A stretch of 64,000 nt of DNA from an uncultured Limibaculum sp. (lineage in GTDB: Bacteria > Pseudomonadota > Alphaproteobacteria > Rhodobacterales > Rhodobacteraceae), in assembly GCA_964475765.1 (NCBI GenBank), contig CAYYZH010000003.1, positions 2,945-66,944 on the forward strand, given 5' to 3'. The number at the start of each line of letters is the position of its first letter. The first letter of the stretch is position 1. Shown one piece after another: positions 8,614 to 16,945 of the stretch. A program made the translations under genes and the position numbers. Under the pieces are notes generated by a model. The model was not told the origin of the DNA and did not search any database. It was given only the letters and a program-made list of their open reading frames with translations.

Positions 8614-9516
8614 ATGAACAAGATCGTCACCGAACCCTCCGCCGCCGCGAGTCTCGACCTTGATGTCCTGCGCTCGGTTGTTGCCATCGCCGAAGCAGGC
8701 TCCATCTCGGCCGCTGCCCAGCGGATTGGGCGCACGCCCGCCGCCGTCTCTATGCAGATAAAGAAACTGGAGGAGACGCTTGGGCGCAGCCTCTTTGAGC
8801 GCATGCGTCAGGGCATGCGTCTGTCCGCAGAGGGCGAGCGCCTGCTGCCCTATGCCAACCGCATGGTCGACCTGAACCGCGAGGCGCTGGATGCCTTCCG
8901 CGCGCCTGAACTAACGGGGACGGTCAATGTCGGCATGATCGACAGTATCGGTGCGCTGCGCATGGCACGGATCTTCGCGGCATTTGCCCGCTCGCACCCG
9001 AACGTGACGGTCAACGCCTCGATCGGATGCTCCTGCGAACTGGCACCGCGCCTTGATCGGGGAGATCTGGATTTGACGGTCCTCACCCCTGGCAGCAGCA
9101 CTGAGGCCCGCGACAGCGACCTGCTCCTGCACGAAGAACCGCTGGTCTGGATCGCAAGCGCCAGCGGGCGAGCATGGAAGCAGGACCCGGTTCCGCTTTC
9201 GGTGGCGAGCGACGGCTGCGCATGGCGGGCCGCAGCAACACAGGCCATCCGGCGCAGCGGCATGACACCACGCATCGCTTACATCTCAGACCAAGATGCG
9301 GGGCAACTGGCCGCTGCCGAAGCGGATCTGGCGGTTGCCCCGATGCCGAGGAGCTATGTCGGCCCCGGTCTGATCGAGCTGGGCGCGCGGGAGGGTTTCC
9401 CGCCGCTGGGCACCTCGCGGATCGTGCTCAGGGTGAGCGATGTCGCAGGAGATGCTGCGCGGGCGCTGGCCCGGAGCATCGCGGAGACGTTCGGCAAGAC
9501 GCTGGAAGACGCCTAA
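8614..9516 (+). CDS. LysR family transcriptional regulator
   Basis: HTH 'LDLDVLRSVVAIAEAGSISAAAQRIGRTPAAVSMQIKKLEETLG'. Confidence 0.95.
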   Translation: MNKIVTEPSAAASLDLDVLRSVVAIAEAGSISAAAQRIGRTPAAVSMQIKKLEETLGRSLFERMRQGMRLSAEGERLLPYANRMVDLNREALDAFRAPELTGTVNVGMIDSIGALRMARIFAAFARSHPNVTVNASIGCSCELAPRLDRGDLDLTVLTPGSSTEARDSDLLLHEEPLVWIASASGRAWKQDPVPLSVASDGCAWRAAATQAIRRSGMTPRIAYISDQDAGQLAAAEADLAVAPMPRSYVGPGLIELGAREGFPPLGTSRIVLRVSDVAGDAARALARSIAETFGKTLEDA

Positions 9517-9529
9517 GCCCCCCGGACGA

Positions 9530-9554
9530 GAAAGGACCGGCGAACCGGCCCTTC
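9530..9554. terminator. Hairpin between convergent LysR and IorB-like genes
   Basis: gaaaggaccgg-CGAA-ccggcccttc. Confidence 0.5.
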
Positions 9555-9588
9555 ACTCACTGTCTGTTTGTTGCGGTCCCTGCGTTCG

Positions 9589-11913
9589 TCAGACCGTGTC
9601 ACCGAACGGCATATCCCGGAACCGCCTTCCGGTGGCGTGGAAGATAGCATTCCCGATAGCAGGCGCAATCGGCGCCACCCCTGGCTCCCCACACCCGGCC
9701 GCATGCACCGAGAACGGGCGCTCGACGATGTGTACGTTTACCTTCTCCGGGAAGTTGTCCGAGCGCACCATCTGGTAGGTGTCGTAGTTCGCCTCCTGCG
9801 GTGCCCCATCCTCGAAGGTGATCGCCGAGTAGAGCGCCGCCGTCATCCCCATGACCGCCGCACCCTGCATCTGGCTCTCGACCCGCTCGGGCATGGCCAC
9901 AAAGCCCGCATCGACGGCAATGTCGATTTGGGGCACGCGGATGAGCCCATCGACTATCTTCACCCGTGCGGCTGCCGCGACATAGGTCACGAAACAGCGG
10001 TGCGAGGCGAGGCCGATCCCTTCACCCTCGGGCAAAGACTGGCCATAGTCCGCCTTCTCAGCGGCCATGCGGAGGACGTTCTTCTGTCGTCCGACCTCCA
10101 TCGGGTACTCTTCATAGACCTCGCCGTAGTCCCAGAAGTCGTCAGGATAGTTCTCGGCCTTGATGTCGATGGTGCGATCCTCGCCCATGACCTCGAGCAT
10201 GTACTCCAGCTCATCCCGGCCAAGCTCGGCAGCGACATCCGACAGGAACGTCTGCTGTGCCCATGCCCGCGGGATGTTCGAGACCGCGCGGAACCAGCCG
10301 ATGCGGGTGTGCGCCATCGCCTTGCCGTTCTCGATCGAGACATTCGGGACCTGGAAGGGGTTATCCAGATGGCCCATGCCGCTTTCGATGAAGAACTGCT
10401 GACCGCTGTCGGGCGCGAATGTCGACAGGATCGAGGGCGCCACCGAATTGTGACGGAAGCCTTGCCATTTGCCATTCTCGTCAGTGCCGATCTCCAGTTC
10501 TTCGACCGAGGTCGTGTGGTAGAAGCTGTTCTGGATGTCGTCCTCACGGGTCCACTGGACCTTGACGGGTTTGCCGACTTTCTGGCTCAGTAGTGCTGCC
10601 TCGATGGCAAAGTCGCCCTGCGACTTGCGGCCAAACCCGCCGCCGAGCAGCGTCACATGGGTCGTGACATCGGCCTCGTCCATGCTAAGCGCTGCAGCAA
10701 TGTCCTGACGCGCCCCATAAGGCGATTGCAGCGGGGCATAGACTTCAGCCTTGCCGTCCTTCACATGGGCCACAGCAACAGGCGGCTCCATCATGGCATG
10801 CGCCATGTGAGCCTGACTGTACTGATGTTTGAAGGTCTTGGCCGCCCCATCGATCGCTGCACGGGCATCTCCGACCGCCCGGAAGACCTTGCCCGGCTTG
10901 GCCGCTGTATCGCGCATCTCGGCAGTGAAGGCTTCGGAGTTGTAGCCTGAATGGCGGCTGGTGCCCCATTCAATTTCAAGCGCATCACGCCCCTTGATCG
11001 CGGCATCCGTGTTGGTCGCGATCACGGCAATGCCACCCTTCTGGGCGAACTTCGCGGGGAAGTCGGTGACCGGCAGGTCATGGATCTCGAGCACACCGGG
11101 CACGTCACGGGCCGCGCTGTCGTCGACGCTGACCGGGCTCGCACCATGCACCGGCGGGCGGGCAACGGCCGCAAAGACCATACCCGGCAGCGTGACATCC
11201 GCCCCGTAGATCGCTTTGCCCGTCGTGATGTCGTGCAGATCGTAGATGCCGATCGCACGCTTGCCGATATACCGGAACTCGCTTTCATCCTTGAAACTCA
11301 GCGCCTCAAACTCGGGCACGGGCACCTGCATCGCCGCTTCTGCGAGGTCACCGAACCCGAAGGTCTGTCCGCCTGCCATCACCTTGTGCACGCCAACTCT
11401 GGCGTCCTTGGGATCGACGCCGGCCTTGTCGGCAGCCGCCTTGGCCAGCATGTGACGCACGGAGGCCCCCATCTGGCGCATGGACTGGATGTGGTGCCGC
11501 ACAGAGCGCGACCCATCAGTGTCCTGATTGCCGTATTTCGGCTCGTCTCCCGGCGCCTGCACGATCTTCACGCGCGCCCAATCCGCACCCATCTCGTCGG
11601 CAAGGATCATCGGGAGCGAGGTCCTCGAGCCAGTGCCCATCTCCGAGCGATGTGCAGTCAGCGTCACCGTGCCATCGGCGTCAATCGCCACGAAGAGGTG
11701 CGGGTCATAGCGCAGGCCATGGGGCATGGCATCGCCGCCGGTCTTGTAGCGCGCGAATGCGCTGGCATCACTGGAGAAGGCAGCGACCGCAAAGCCGGCC
11801 GTCGAGCCTTGCAGGAAGCCCCTGCGCGAGACATGGACCAGCGACAGTCTCTCGGCAACCTTGGCAGCGGCCCCGGTTGCGGTCATCGCGGCATGTTCAA
11901 TGAAATGTCCCAT
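9589..11913 (-). CDS. Xanthine dehydrogenase family molybdopterin subunit (isoquinoline 1-oxidoreductase beta-like), Tat-type leader
   Basis: 'SRRGFLQG' twin-Arg motif; 'RSEMGTG', 'HAMMEP', 'LGGGFGRK', 'GWFRAVS', 'GCGEPG'. Confidence 0.92.
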   Translation of the reverse strand: MGHFIEHAAMTATGAAAKVAERLSLVHVSRRGFLQGSTAGFAVAAFSSDASAFARYKTGGDAMPHGLRYDPHLFVAIDADGTVTLTAHRSEMGTGSRTSLPMILADEMGADWARVKIVQAPGDEPKYGNQDTDGSRSVRHHIQSMRQMGASVRHMLAKAAADKAGVDPKDARVGVHKVMAGGQTFGFGDLAEAAMQVPVPEFEALSFKDESEFRYIGKRAIGIYDLHDITTGKAIYGADVTLPGMVFAAVARPPVHGASPVSVDDSAARDVPGVLEIHDLPVTDFPAKFAQKGGIAVIATNTDAAIKGRDALEIEWGTSRHSGYNSEAFTAEMRDTAAKPGKVFRAVGDARAAIDGAAKTFKHQYSQAHMAHAMMEPPVAVAHVKDGKAEVYAPLQSPYGARQDIAAALSMDEADVTTHVTLLGGGFGRKSQGDFAIEAALLSQKVGKPVKVQWTREDDIQNSFYHTTSVEELEIGTDENGKWQGFRHNSVAPSILSTFAPDSGQQFFIESGMGHLDNPFQVPNVSIENGKAMAHTRIGWFRAVSNIPRAWAQQTFLSDVAAELGRDELEYMLEVMGEDRTIDIKAENYPDDFWDYGEVYEEYPMEVGRQKNVLRMAAEKADYGQSLPEGEGIGLASHRCFVTYVAAAARVKIVDGLIRVPQIDIAVDAGFVAMPERVESQMQGAAVMGMTAALYSAITFEDGAPQEANYDTYQMVRSDNFPEKVNVHIVERPFSVHAAGCGEPGVAPIAPAIGNAIFHATGRRFRDMPFGDTV

Positions 11914-11916
11914 CGA

Positions 11917-12369
11917 TCAGCTCCCCGTCGCTGCCTGTCGAACAGCGGCCACGATACGCTCGTAGCAACCGCAACGGCAGATATTGCCAGCCATCCCGTC
12001 CAGAATTTCCTGATCGGTCGGGTTCGGTTTCTCCGCAAGGATACTCGCCGCCTGCATGATCTGGCCCGCCTGACAGAAGCCGCATTGCGGAACATGCAGG
12101 TCGCGCCACGCTTGTTGCACCGGGTGATCGCCATCGGACGAGAGGCCTTCGATTGTTGTGACGGACCTGCCGGCGACCTCGCCCACCGTCATCTGGCACG
12201 AACGCATCGCGACCCCGTCGACATGCACGGTACAGGCCCCGCAGAGCCCGGCCCCGCATCCGTATTTCGTGCCGGTCAGACCGGCCATGTCCCGGATCGC
12301 CCACAAGAGCGACAAGTCATCCGGACCGTCGAGGGTCCGCGACTCGCCATTGATATCTACGGTTGCCAT
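11917..12369 (-). CDS. (2Fe-2S)-binding small subunit (IorA-like)
   Basis: 'GTKYGCGAGLCGACTVH', 'QCGFCQAG', 'NICRCGCY'. Confidence 0.95.
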   Translation of the reverse strand: MATVDINGESRTLDGPDDLSLLWAIRDMAGLTGTKYGCGAGLCGACTVHVDGVAMRSCQMTVGEVAGRSVTTIEGLSSDGDHPVQQAWRDLHVPQCGFCQAGQIMQAASILAEKPNPTDQEILDGMAGNICRCGCYERIVAAVRQAATGS

Positions 12370-12670
12370 TCAACTCTCCCTTGTCTGATGACCGGCATCA
12401 CAATAGGCGCCGATCTTTTCAGCATTCGGTAAGCTCGCTGCCTGCGCCGCGCCCCGCATCAATCGTCCTGATCCATCTCCTGTCCTCGAGGCAAAGTTTG
12501 CTCGCCACCGGGTCGATGTGGTGGGCAACACCCCTTGCCGACGAGGTGGATCAGGAATGGCGGGTTCCCGCTCTCGTTGATCGCTCTGGCATCGTAGACA
12601 ACTTTAACCATATTCGTCACGCCAAAATTCTTCACAAGTTGCAGAGGGTCGCGATGGATGCCGCTCTGTA

Positions 12671-14041
12671 TCAGGCAGGCGCGACGTCGTTTCCGGACGG
12701 ATCGGGCGCGGACCAATTCATGCCCCGGGTCATGATCATGACGACCGTGACGGCGATGAACGCAAGAATAGAACCGGCCAGCAATGCGAAATCCGTCGAG
12801 CGCAGAATCAGGAAAAGCGTGGCGTAGAGCACGACCAAACTGCCCCCGAGAATCCAGCATCGCCGTCCCAGCCCCAGTGCCGTTGCCCCATAAAACGACA
12901 GGAGGCCGATGGTGGCCGCGCTGGCCACAACATAGGCGATCTGGAAACCAAGCTGTTCGGCAAGACCGAGGAGCACCAGGAAGAAGATCGACTGCGCGAC
13001 GCCGATCAAAAGGAACTGCGCGGGATGCACCGGGCGACGCGAAGCCCGCTCCGTAAGGAAGACGGTGAGGAAGGTGAGCGCCACAAAGAGAATCCCGTAT
13101 TTCACCGCCCGCTGTGCCTTTTGGTAGAGATCCACGGGCTGGTAGAAGCGCACGCCAAACTCGGGCCCAATCATCGACAACTCGCGGGACATCTGAGGAA
13201 TATTGCGGGCAAGATGCGGGATGGCCCAGCTTGCCGAGAAGCCCTCCGCGCTGACCTCCCGAGTCTTGGGCAGAAAGTTGCCGGTGAAACTGGGATGCGC
13301 CCAGTCCGAGGTCATGACCACATCTGTCTGTCGCCCGGCGGGCGAAAACCGCAGCGCACCAGCACCGTTCAACGCCATCTTGAGCAGGAACGGTGCGGAC
13401 CCGCGGGGATCGCCGATTTCCGAATGGATGCCGCCGATTCCAGAGAGACGCGTGCCTGGCTCGAGCCGGACCGGTTTCTGCCCCTGCTTGAGTACCGCAT
13501 GATCCGAGAAGTTCCGCGCCTCCGGCATCAGGATGGCCAGATAAGCTCGGTCCCATAGAATACTCTCCCGCGATGAGAGCTTAGATTCGGCCTGGCTCGT
13601 ATCAAAGTCGAACTCCATGGCGATATCGGAAGTGAAGACAGGGACATCGAAGACGCCGCGCCGGCGCACTTCGCTGGCAGCGTTAGCCGTGACCGTGTAC
13701 TGGTCTGGCATAATGGTGATGGCATTGGCGCTAACGGTCTCGGTCTCAGTGCGCCAGCTTCCATCCGGCCCAGTGACCTTACGCTCAACCGCCTTTTCTA
13801 CGGGCAGAACCAACACAGGTCCCGCAATGGCGATCTCGCCGCCCCACTGAGAGGACACCTCGTAAATGGCACTGCGCCTATAGGAGACCCGGTCCTCGAT
13901 GACCAGACTGATCATGGTCAAAGGCACCAGCATCACGATGGTCAGCAGAACCAGAAGAGCAAAGCGCCATCCCGGTGAGGTGAAGTGCGGCGCTCTGAAG
14001 GATGCGGTAGACGGGGTCAGGCAAGAACTGGTCTCGGTCAT
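12671..14041 (-). CDS. creD: Cell envelope integrity inner-membrane protein CreD
   Basis: Start refined to ATG 14041. 'WAHPSFTGNFLP', 'FGVRFYQPVDLYQKAQRAVKYGILF', 'HPAQFLLIG'. Confidence 0.9.
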   Translation of the reverse strand: MTETSSCLTPSTASFRAPHFTSPGWRFALLVLLTIVMLVPLTMISLVIEDRVSYRRSAIYEVSSQWGGEIAIAGPVLVLPVEKAVERKVTGPDGSWRTETETVSANAITIMPDQYTVTANAASEVRRRGVFDVPVFTSDIAMEFDFDTSQAESKLSSRESILWDRAYLAILMPEARNFSDHAVLKQGQKPVRLEPGTRLSGIGGIHSEIGDPRGSAPFLLKMALNGAGALRFSPAGRQTDVVMTSDWAHPSFTGNFLPKTREVSAEGFSASWAIPHLARNIPQMSRELSMIGPEFGVRFYQPVDLYQKAQRAVKYGILFVALTFLTVFLTERASRRPVHPAQFLLIGVAQSIFFLVLLGLAEQLGFQIAYVVASAATIGLLSFYGATALGLGRRCWILGGSLVVLYATLFLILRSTDFALLAGSILAFIAVTVVMIMTRGMNWSAPDPSGNDVAPA

Positions 14042-14069
14042 ATCTAGGTGCTCCCACAAGGCTTGAACT

Positions 14070-14087
14070 CTGTCGTCATAGCGACAG
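14070..14087. promoter_or_regulatory. Inverted repeat CTGTCG-N6-CGACAG upstream of creD
   Basis: Perfect 6-bp IR about 30 nt upstream of the creD start; function unknown. Confidence 0.25.
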
Positions 14088-14230
14088 TTTCCCTGCACAA
14101 AGCCGGGGCGTTTCGGGAAAAGATGTGCATGCACCGTGCAGACCGCACCGCCAAACGACCTGCACGTCTTGCACCTTTCCCGGCTCGCCCCCATAACCAA
14201 GCCTGACGTCAACAAAACGCGAGTACTCTA

Positions 14231-15529
14231 ATGGATCCCTCGATGTGGTGGACCTGTTTCATCATTCTCGGACTACTGTGCATGTCGGCGTTCTTCTCGG
14301 GCTCCGAGACAGCGTTGACAGCTGTTAACCGTGCGGCCATGCATCGGATGGCGGCGCAAGGGTCCAGAGGTGCCCGTACAGCCCTCAAACTAACCGATGA
14401 CAACGAACGTCTGATCGGCTCGATCCTGCTCGGCAACAACCTCGTGAATATCCTGGCCGCGTCACTGGCGACGTCGTTGTTCACTGCAGCGTTCGGTGAG
14501 GCCGGTGTGGCCTGGGCAACGCTGGTCATGACGCTGCTGGTGCTGATATTCGCCGAAGTCGCGCCGAAGACTTATGCCATTACCTATCCTGAACGGGCGG
14601 CGGTGTTGGTCTCCGCGCCCATTGCGTTTCTCGTGCGCACATTTGCGCCGGTTGTCAGCTTCATCCGCATGATTGTCCGAATGGCCTTTGGCGTGATCGG
14701 CATCGAAGCCGATCCCGACGCTCACATGCTGGCCCCGGATGAGCAGATCCGCGGAACGATCGACCTTCATCATTCGGAAGGCGGCGTCGACAAGACCGAC
14801 CGGGATCGGTTGCTGGCGGCGCTGGATCTAAAGGATCGCGAGGTTGCCGAAGTCATGCGTCATCGCCGTGACATCCAGTCGATCTCAGCGGAGGACCCGC
14901 CCGAGGACATTCTGGCGTTTTGCCTGTCCTCCTCGCACACCCGCATCCCGATCTGGAAGGGCGAACCGGAAAACATTGTCGGCGTGCTCCATGCCAAGGA
15001 TCTGTTGCGGGCCGAATATCGTCAGGTGCGCAATGCGCAGGACCCGAAGGCCGCTCTCTCGCGTCTCGACGTGATGAGCATCGCGATGAAGCCGTGGTTC
15101 GTGCCGGAGACCCGTCCGCTGGACGATCTCCTCAGGGCCTTTCTGCGGCGTAACTCACAATTTGCGCTGGTCGTGGACGAATACGGCGTGCTGCAGGGGC
15201 TGGTGACACTAGAGGATATCCTCGAGGAGATCGTCGGCGACATCACGGATGAGCACGACATCGACGATGAAGGATTGGTGCGCGAGGCAGATGGTTCTGT
15301 CGTGGTGCCCGGCGCGACCACCATTCGAGATCTGAACCGGGCGCTTGACTGGACTTTGCCCGATGACGAGGCGACCACTGTGGCCGGATTGATGATCCAC
15401 GAAGCCCAAACAATCCCGACCGAGGGCCAGGTGTTTGCCTTTCACGGAGTACGCTTCGAAGTGCTGGAACGTAGCCGTCATCAAGTGACGAAGCTAAGGT
15501 TGAAGTCTTTGAACCGTATTATTCAGTAG
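14231..15529 (+). CDS. HlyC/CorC family (CNNM-CBS-CorC) Mg/Co transporter-associated protein
   Basis: 'SAFFSGSETAL', 'ILLGNNLVN', 'FAEVAPK', CBS pair, 'VVDEYG', 'TLEDILEEIVGDITDEHD'. Confidence 0.93.
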   Translation: MDPSMWWTCFIILGLLCMSAFFSGSETALTAVNRAAMHRMAAQGSRGARTALKLTDDNERLIGSILLGNNLVNILAASLATSLFTAAFGEAGVAWATLVMTLLVLIFAEVAPKTYAITYPERAAVLVSAPIAFLVRTFAPVVSFIRMIVRMAFGVIGIEADPDAHMLAPDEQIRGTIDLHHSEGGVDKTDRDRLLAALDLKDREVAEVMRHRRDIQSISAEDPPEDILAFCLSSSHTRIPIWKGEPENIVGVLHAKDLLRAEYRQVRNAQDPKAALSRLDVMSIAMKPWFVPETRPLDDLLRAFLRRNSQFALVVDEYGVLQGLVTLEDILEEIVGDITDEHDIDDEGLVREADGSVVVPGATTIRDLNRALDWTLPDDEATTVAGLMIHEAQTIPTEGQVFAFHGVRFEVLERSRHQVTKLRLKSLNRIIQ

Positions 15530-15612
15530 CGCCGCCAGCGGAGAGAAGCGGGTGGCTGCGCCAAGTTCTTGGTGTCAGGCGGGCGCCACTTCGTCTAAGT
15601 GTGACTTAGCCA

Positions 15613-15867
15613 GTGTTCCAGACCGATGTTCAGGTCAGGATCGTTAGAAGAGAACAGGCATCCATTGAGCGGAATACATCGCTAACCAGGCTAGATAGAG
15701 AACTCGGCTTTGGGCCAAACGTCTTTGTATTATCCGGCACTCGGCCATTGGCCGAAGTTTGTGAAAAAATTGCCAGAATTGACACGAAAACACCGAATAA
15801 TCCTGAAATTATCGAATTTTCAAATATAATCGTAGGCATGACCCCAGACCTAGAGACTGAGATGTAA
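15613..15867 (+). CDS. Hypothetical protein (low-GC region)
   Basis: 84-aa ORF with GTG start filling an intergenic gap; no recognisable motif. Confidence 0.3.
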   Translation: MFQTDVQVRIVRREQASIERNTSLTRLDRELGFGPNVFVLSGTRPLAEVCEKIARIDTKTPNNPEIIEFSNIIVGMTPDLETEM

Positions 15868-15976
15868 ATTTGGAAATCGCGTTTATAATACTAAAATTTT
15901 TATTCTAAACAGCGCATCTATTTTTCATCAAGCAATAATAATTTAACGTGCGTCGTGGAGTGTAGCCGTGAAATGA

Positions 15977-16762
15977 ATGAGTGAGAAACGACTCCCTTCA
16001 CCGGAAAACCATACAGGCATGGCAAAGTCGGGTCAGTCCAAGGTTACGGCAACTTACGATTGCGGATGTGAACAGCATCTCGAGGAAATCCTCTATGCGA
16101 TTACTCATGAGGTGCGCGCATCGCTAAGAGCTCTCACCATTCTTCCCCAGATGATCAATGAAGATCTTGCTGAAAAGAACTACCCCGGTAAATCTGAGGT
16201 GTTTGATCAGCTCAATATGGTGCAACGACACGCCCGACGAGTGGACCAAATGTTTTTGGATCTGCGTACGTATTCACGGGTCGGTCTGATGACCGAGCGT
16301 TCAAGCATCGTAAATCTCGAATACGCGTTCAACGACTGCCTCTCATCGCTAAAAATTCCAGCGGGATTTCACTTAGATCCAGTCTTCGACGTCGACGAGC
16401 TTTTCGTACCCTACAACGACTTTGTGACCCTCCTTGCGGCGCTCGTATCGAACGCTGTAAAACACCATGATCGCGACATTGGCTGCATTCTCGTTTCTGC
16501 GTTTCGCGATTGCGATGGTGTCCAGCTTTTGGTCGAAGATGACGGTCCGGGCATCCTGCCCAAAGACCGACAGCGAGTATTCGAGCTTATGACCACCCTG
16601 CAATCCCACGATGTGCGCGAAGGCAGCGGGATGGGGCTGGCCGTTGCAGACAGGATTGTAAATCTGTTGCAAGGCACAATCGAAATAGACGATCCAATCG
16701 GGCATCGGGGCACTGTGTTTCGTGTCCAGCTCCCGCCCAATGTCCTGCCAACCAATCAGTAA
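15977..16762 (+). CDS. Sensor-less histidine kinase (HisKA-like + HATPase_c)
   Basis: H-box 'ITHEVRASLRAL', N-box 'LVSNAVKHH', G1 'EDDGPGI', F 'RVFELMTTL', G2 'GSGMGLA'; only about 40 aa precede the His. Confidence 0.85.
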   Translation: MSEKRLPSPENHTGMAKSGQSKVTATYDCGCEQHLEEILYAITHEVRASLRALTILPQMINEDLAEKNYPGKSEVFDQLNMVQRHARRVDQMFLDLRTYSRVGLMTERSSIVNLEYAFNDCLSSLKIPAGFHLDPVFDVDELFVPYNDFVTLLAALVSNAVKHHDRDIGCILVSAFRDCDGVQLLVEDDGPGILPKDRQRVFELMTTLQSHDVREGSGMGLAVADRIVNLLQGTIEIDDPIGHRGTVFRVQLPPNVLPTNQ

Positions 16763-16945
16763 GGCGCTGATTACCCGCCCGGACTTCAGTATGCGCGACT
16801 TGTTAAGCCCAGCCGTTCGGATACGGGATCTTCAGCGCAATTCCTAAGGTCTGTTCAAAGCGATTGACCACGCCAAGGCACCATCCTACGAGCGTACGAT
16901 GGCCTGATGGCTGACATTCCCATATTTCGGATCGAAGACTAACCC

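Noticed and set aside
9568-12432. Long + strand ORFs (341 aa and 493 aa) opposite the IorAB-like genes
   Set aside because: Antisense shadows of high-GC coding sequence; no motifs, and fully overlapping well-supported genes.
12459-13556. 365-aa minus-strand ORF inside creD
   Set aside because: Alternative-frame overlap with low-complexity composition; the creD frame carries the family motifs.
16763-16945. Possible glycine riboswitch upstream of the GcvT-family gene
   Set aside because: Conserved aptamer elements (GGAGA...CCGAAG...CUCUCAGG) not found.
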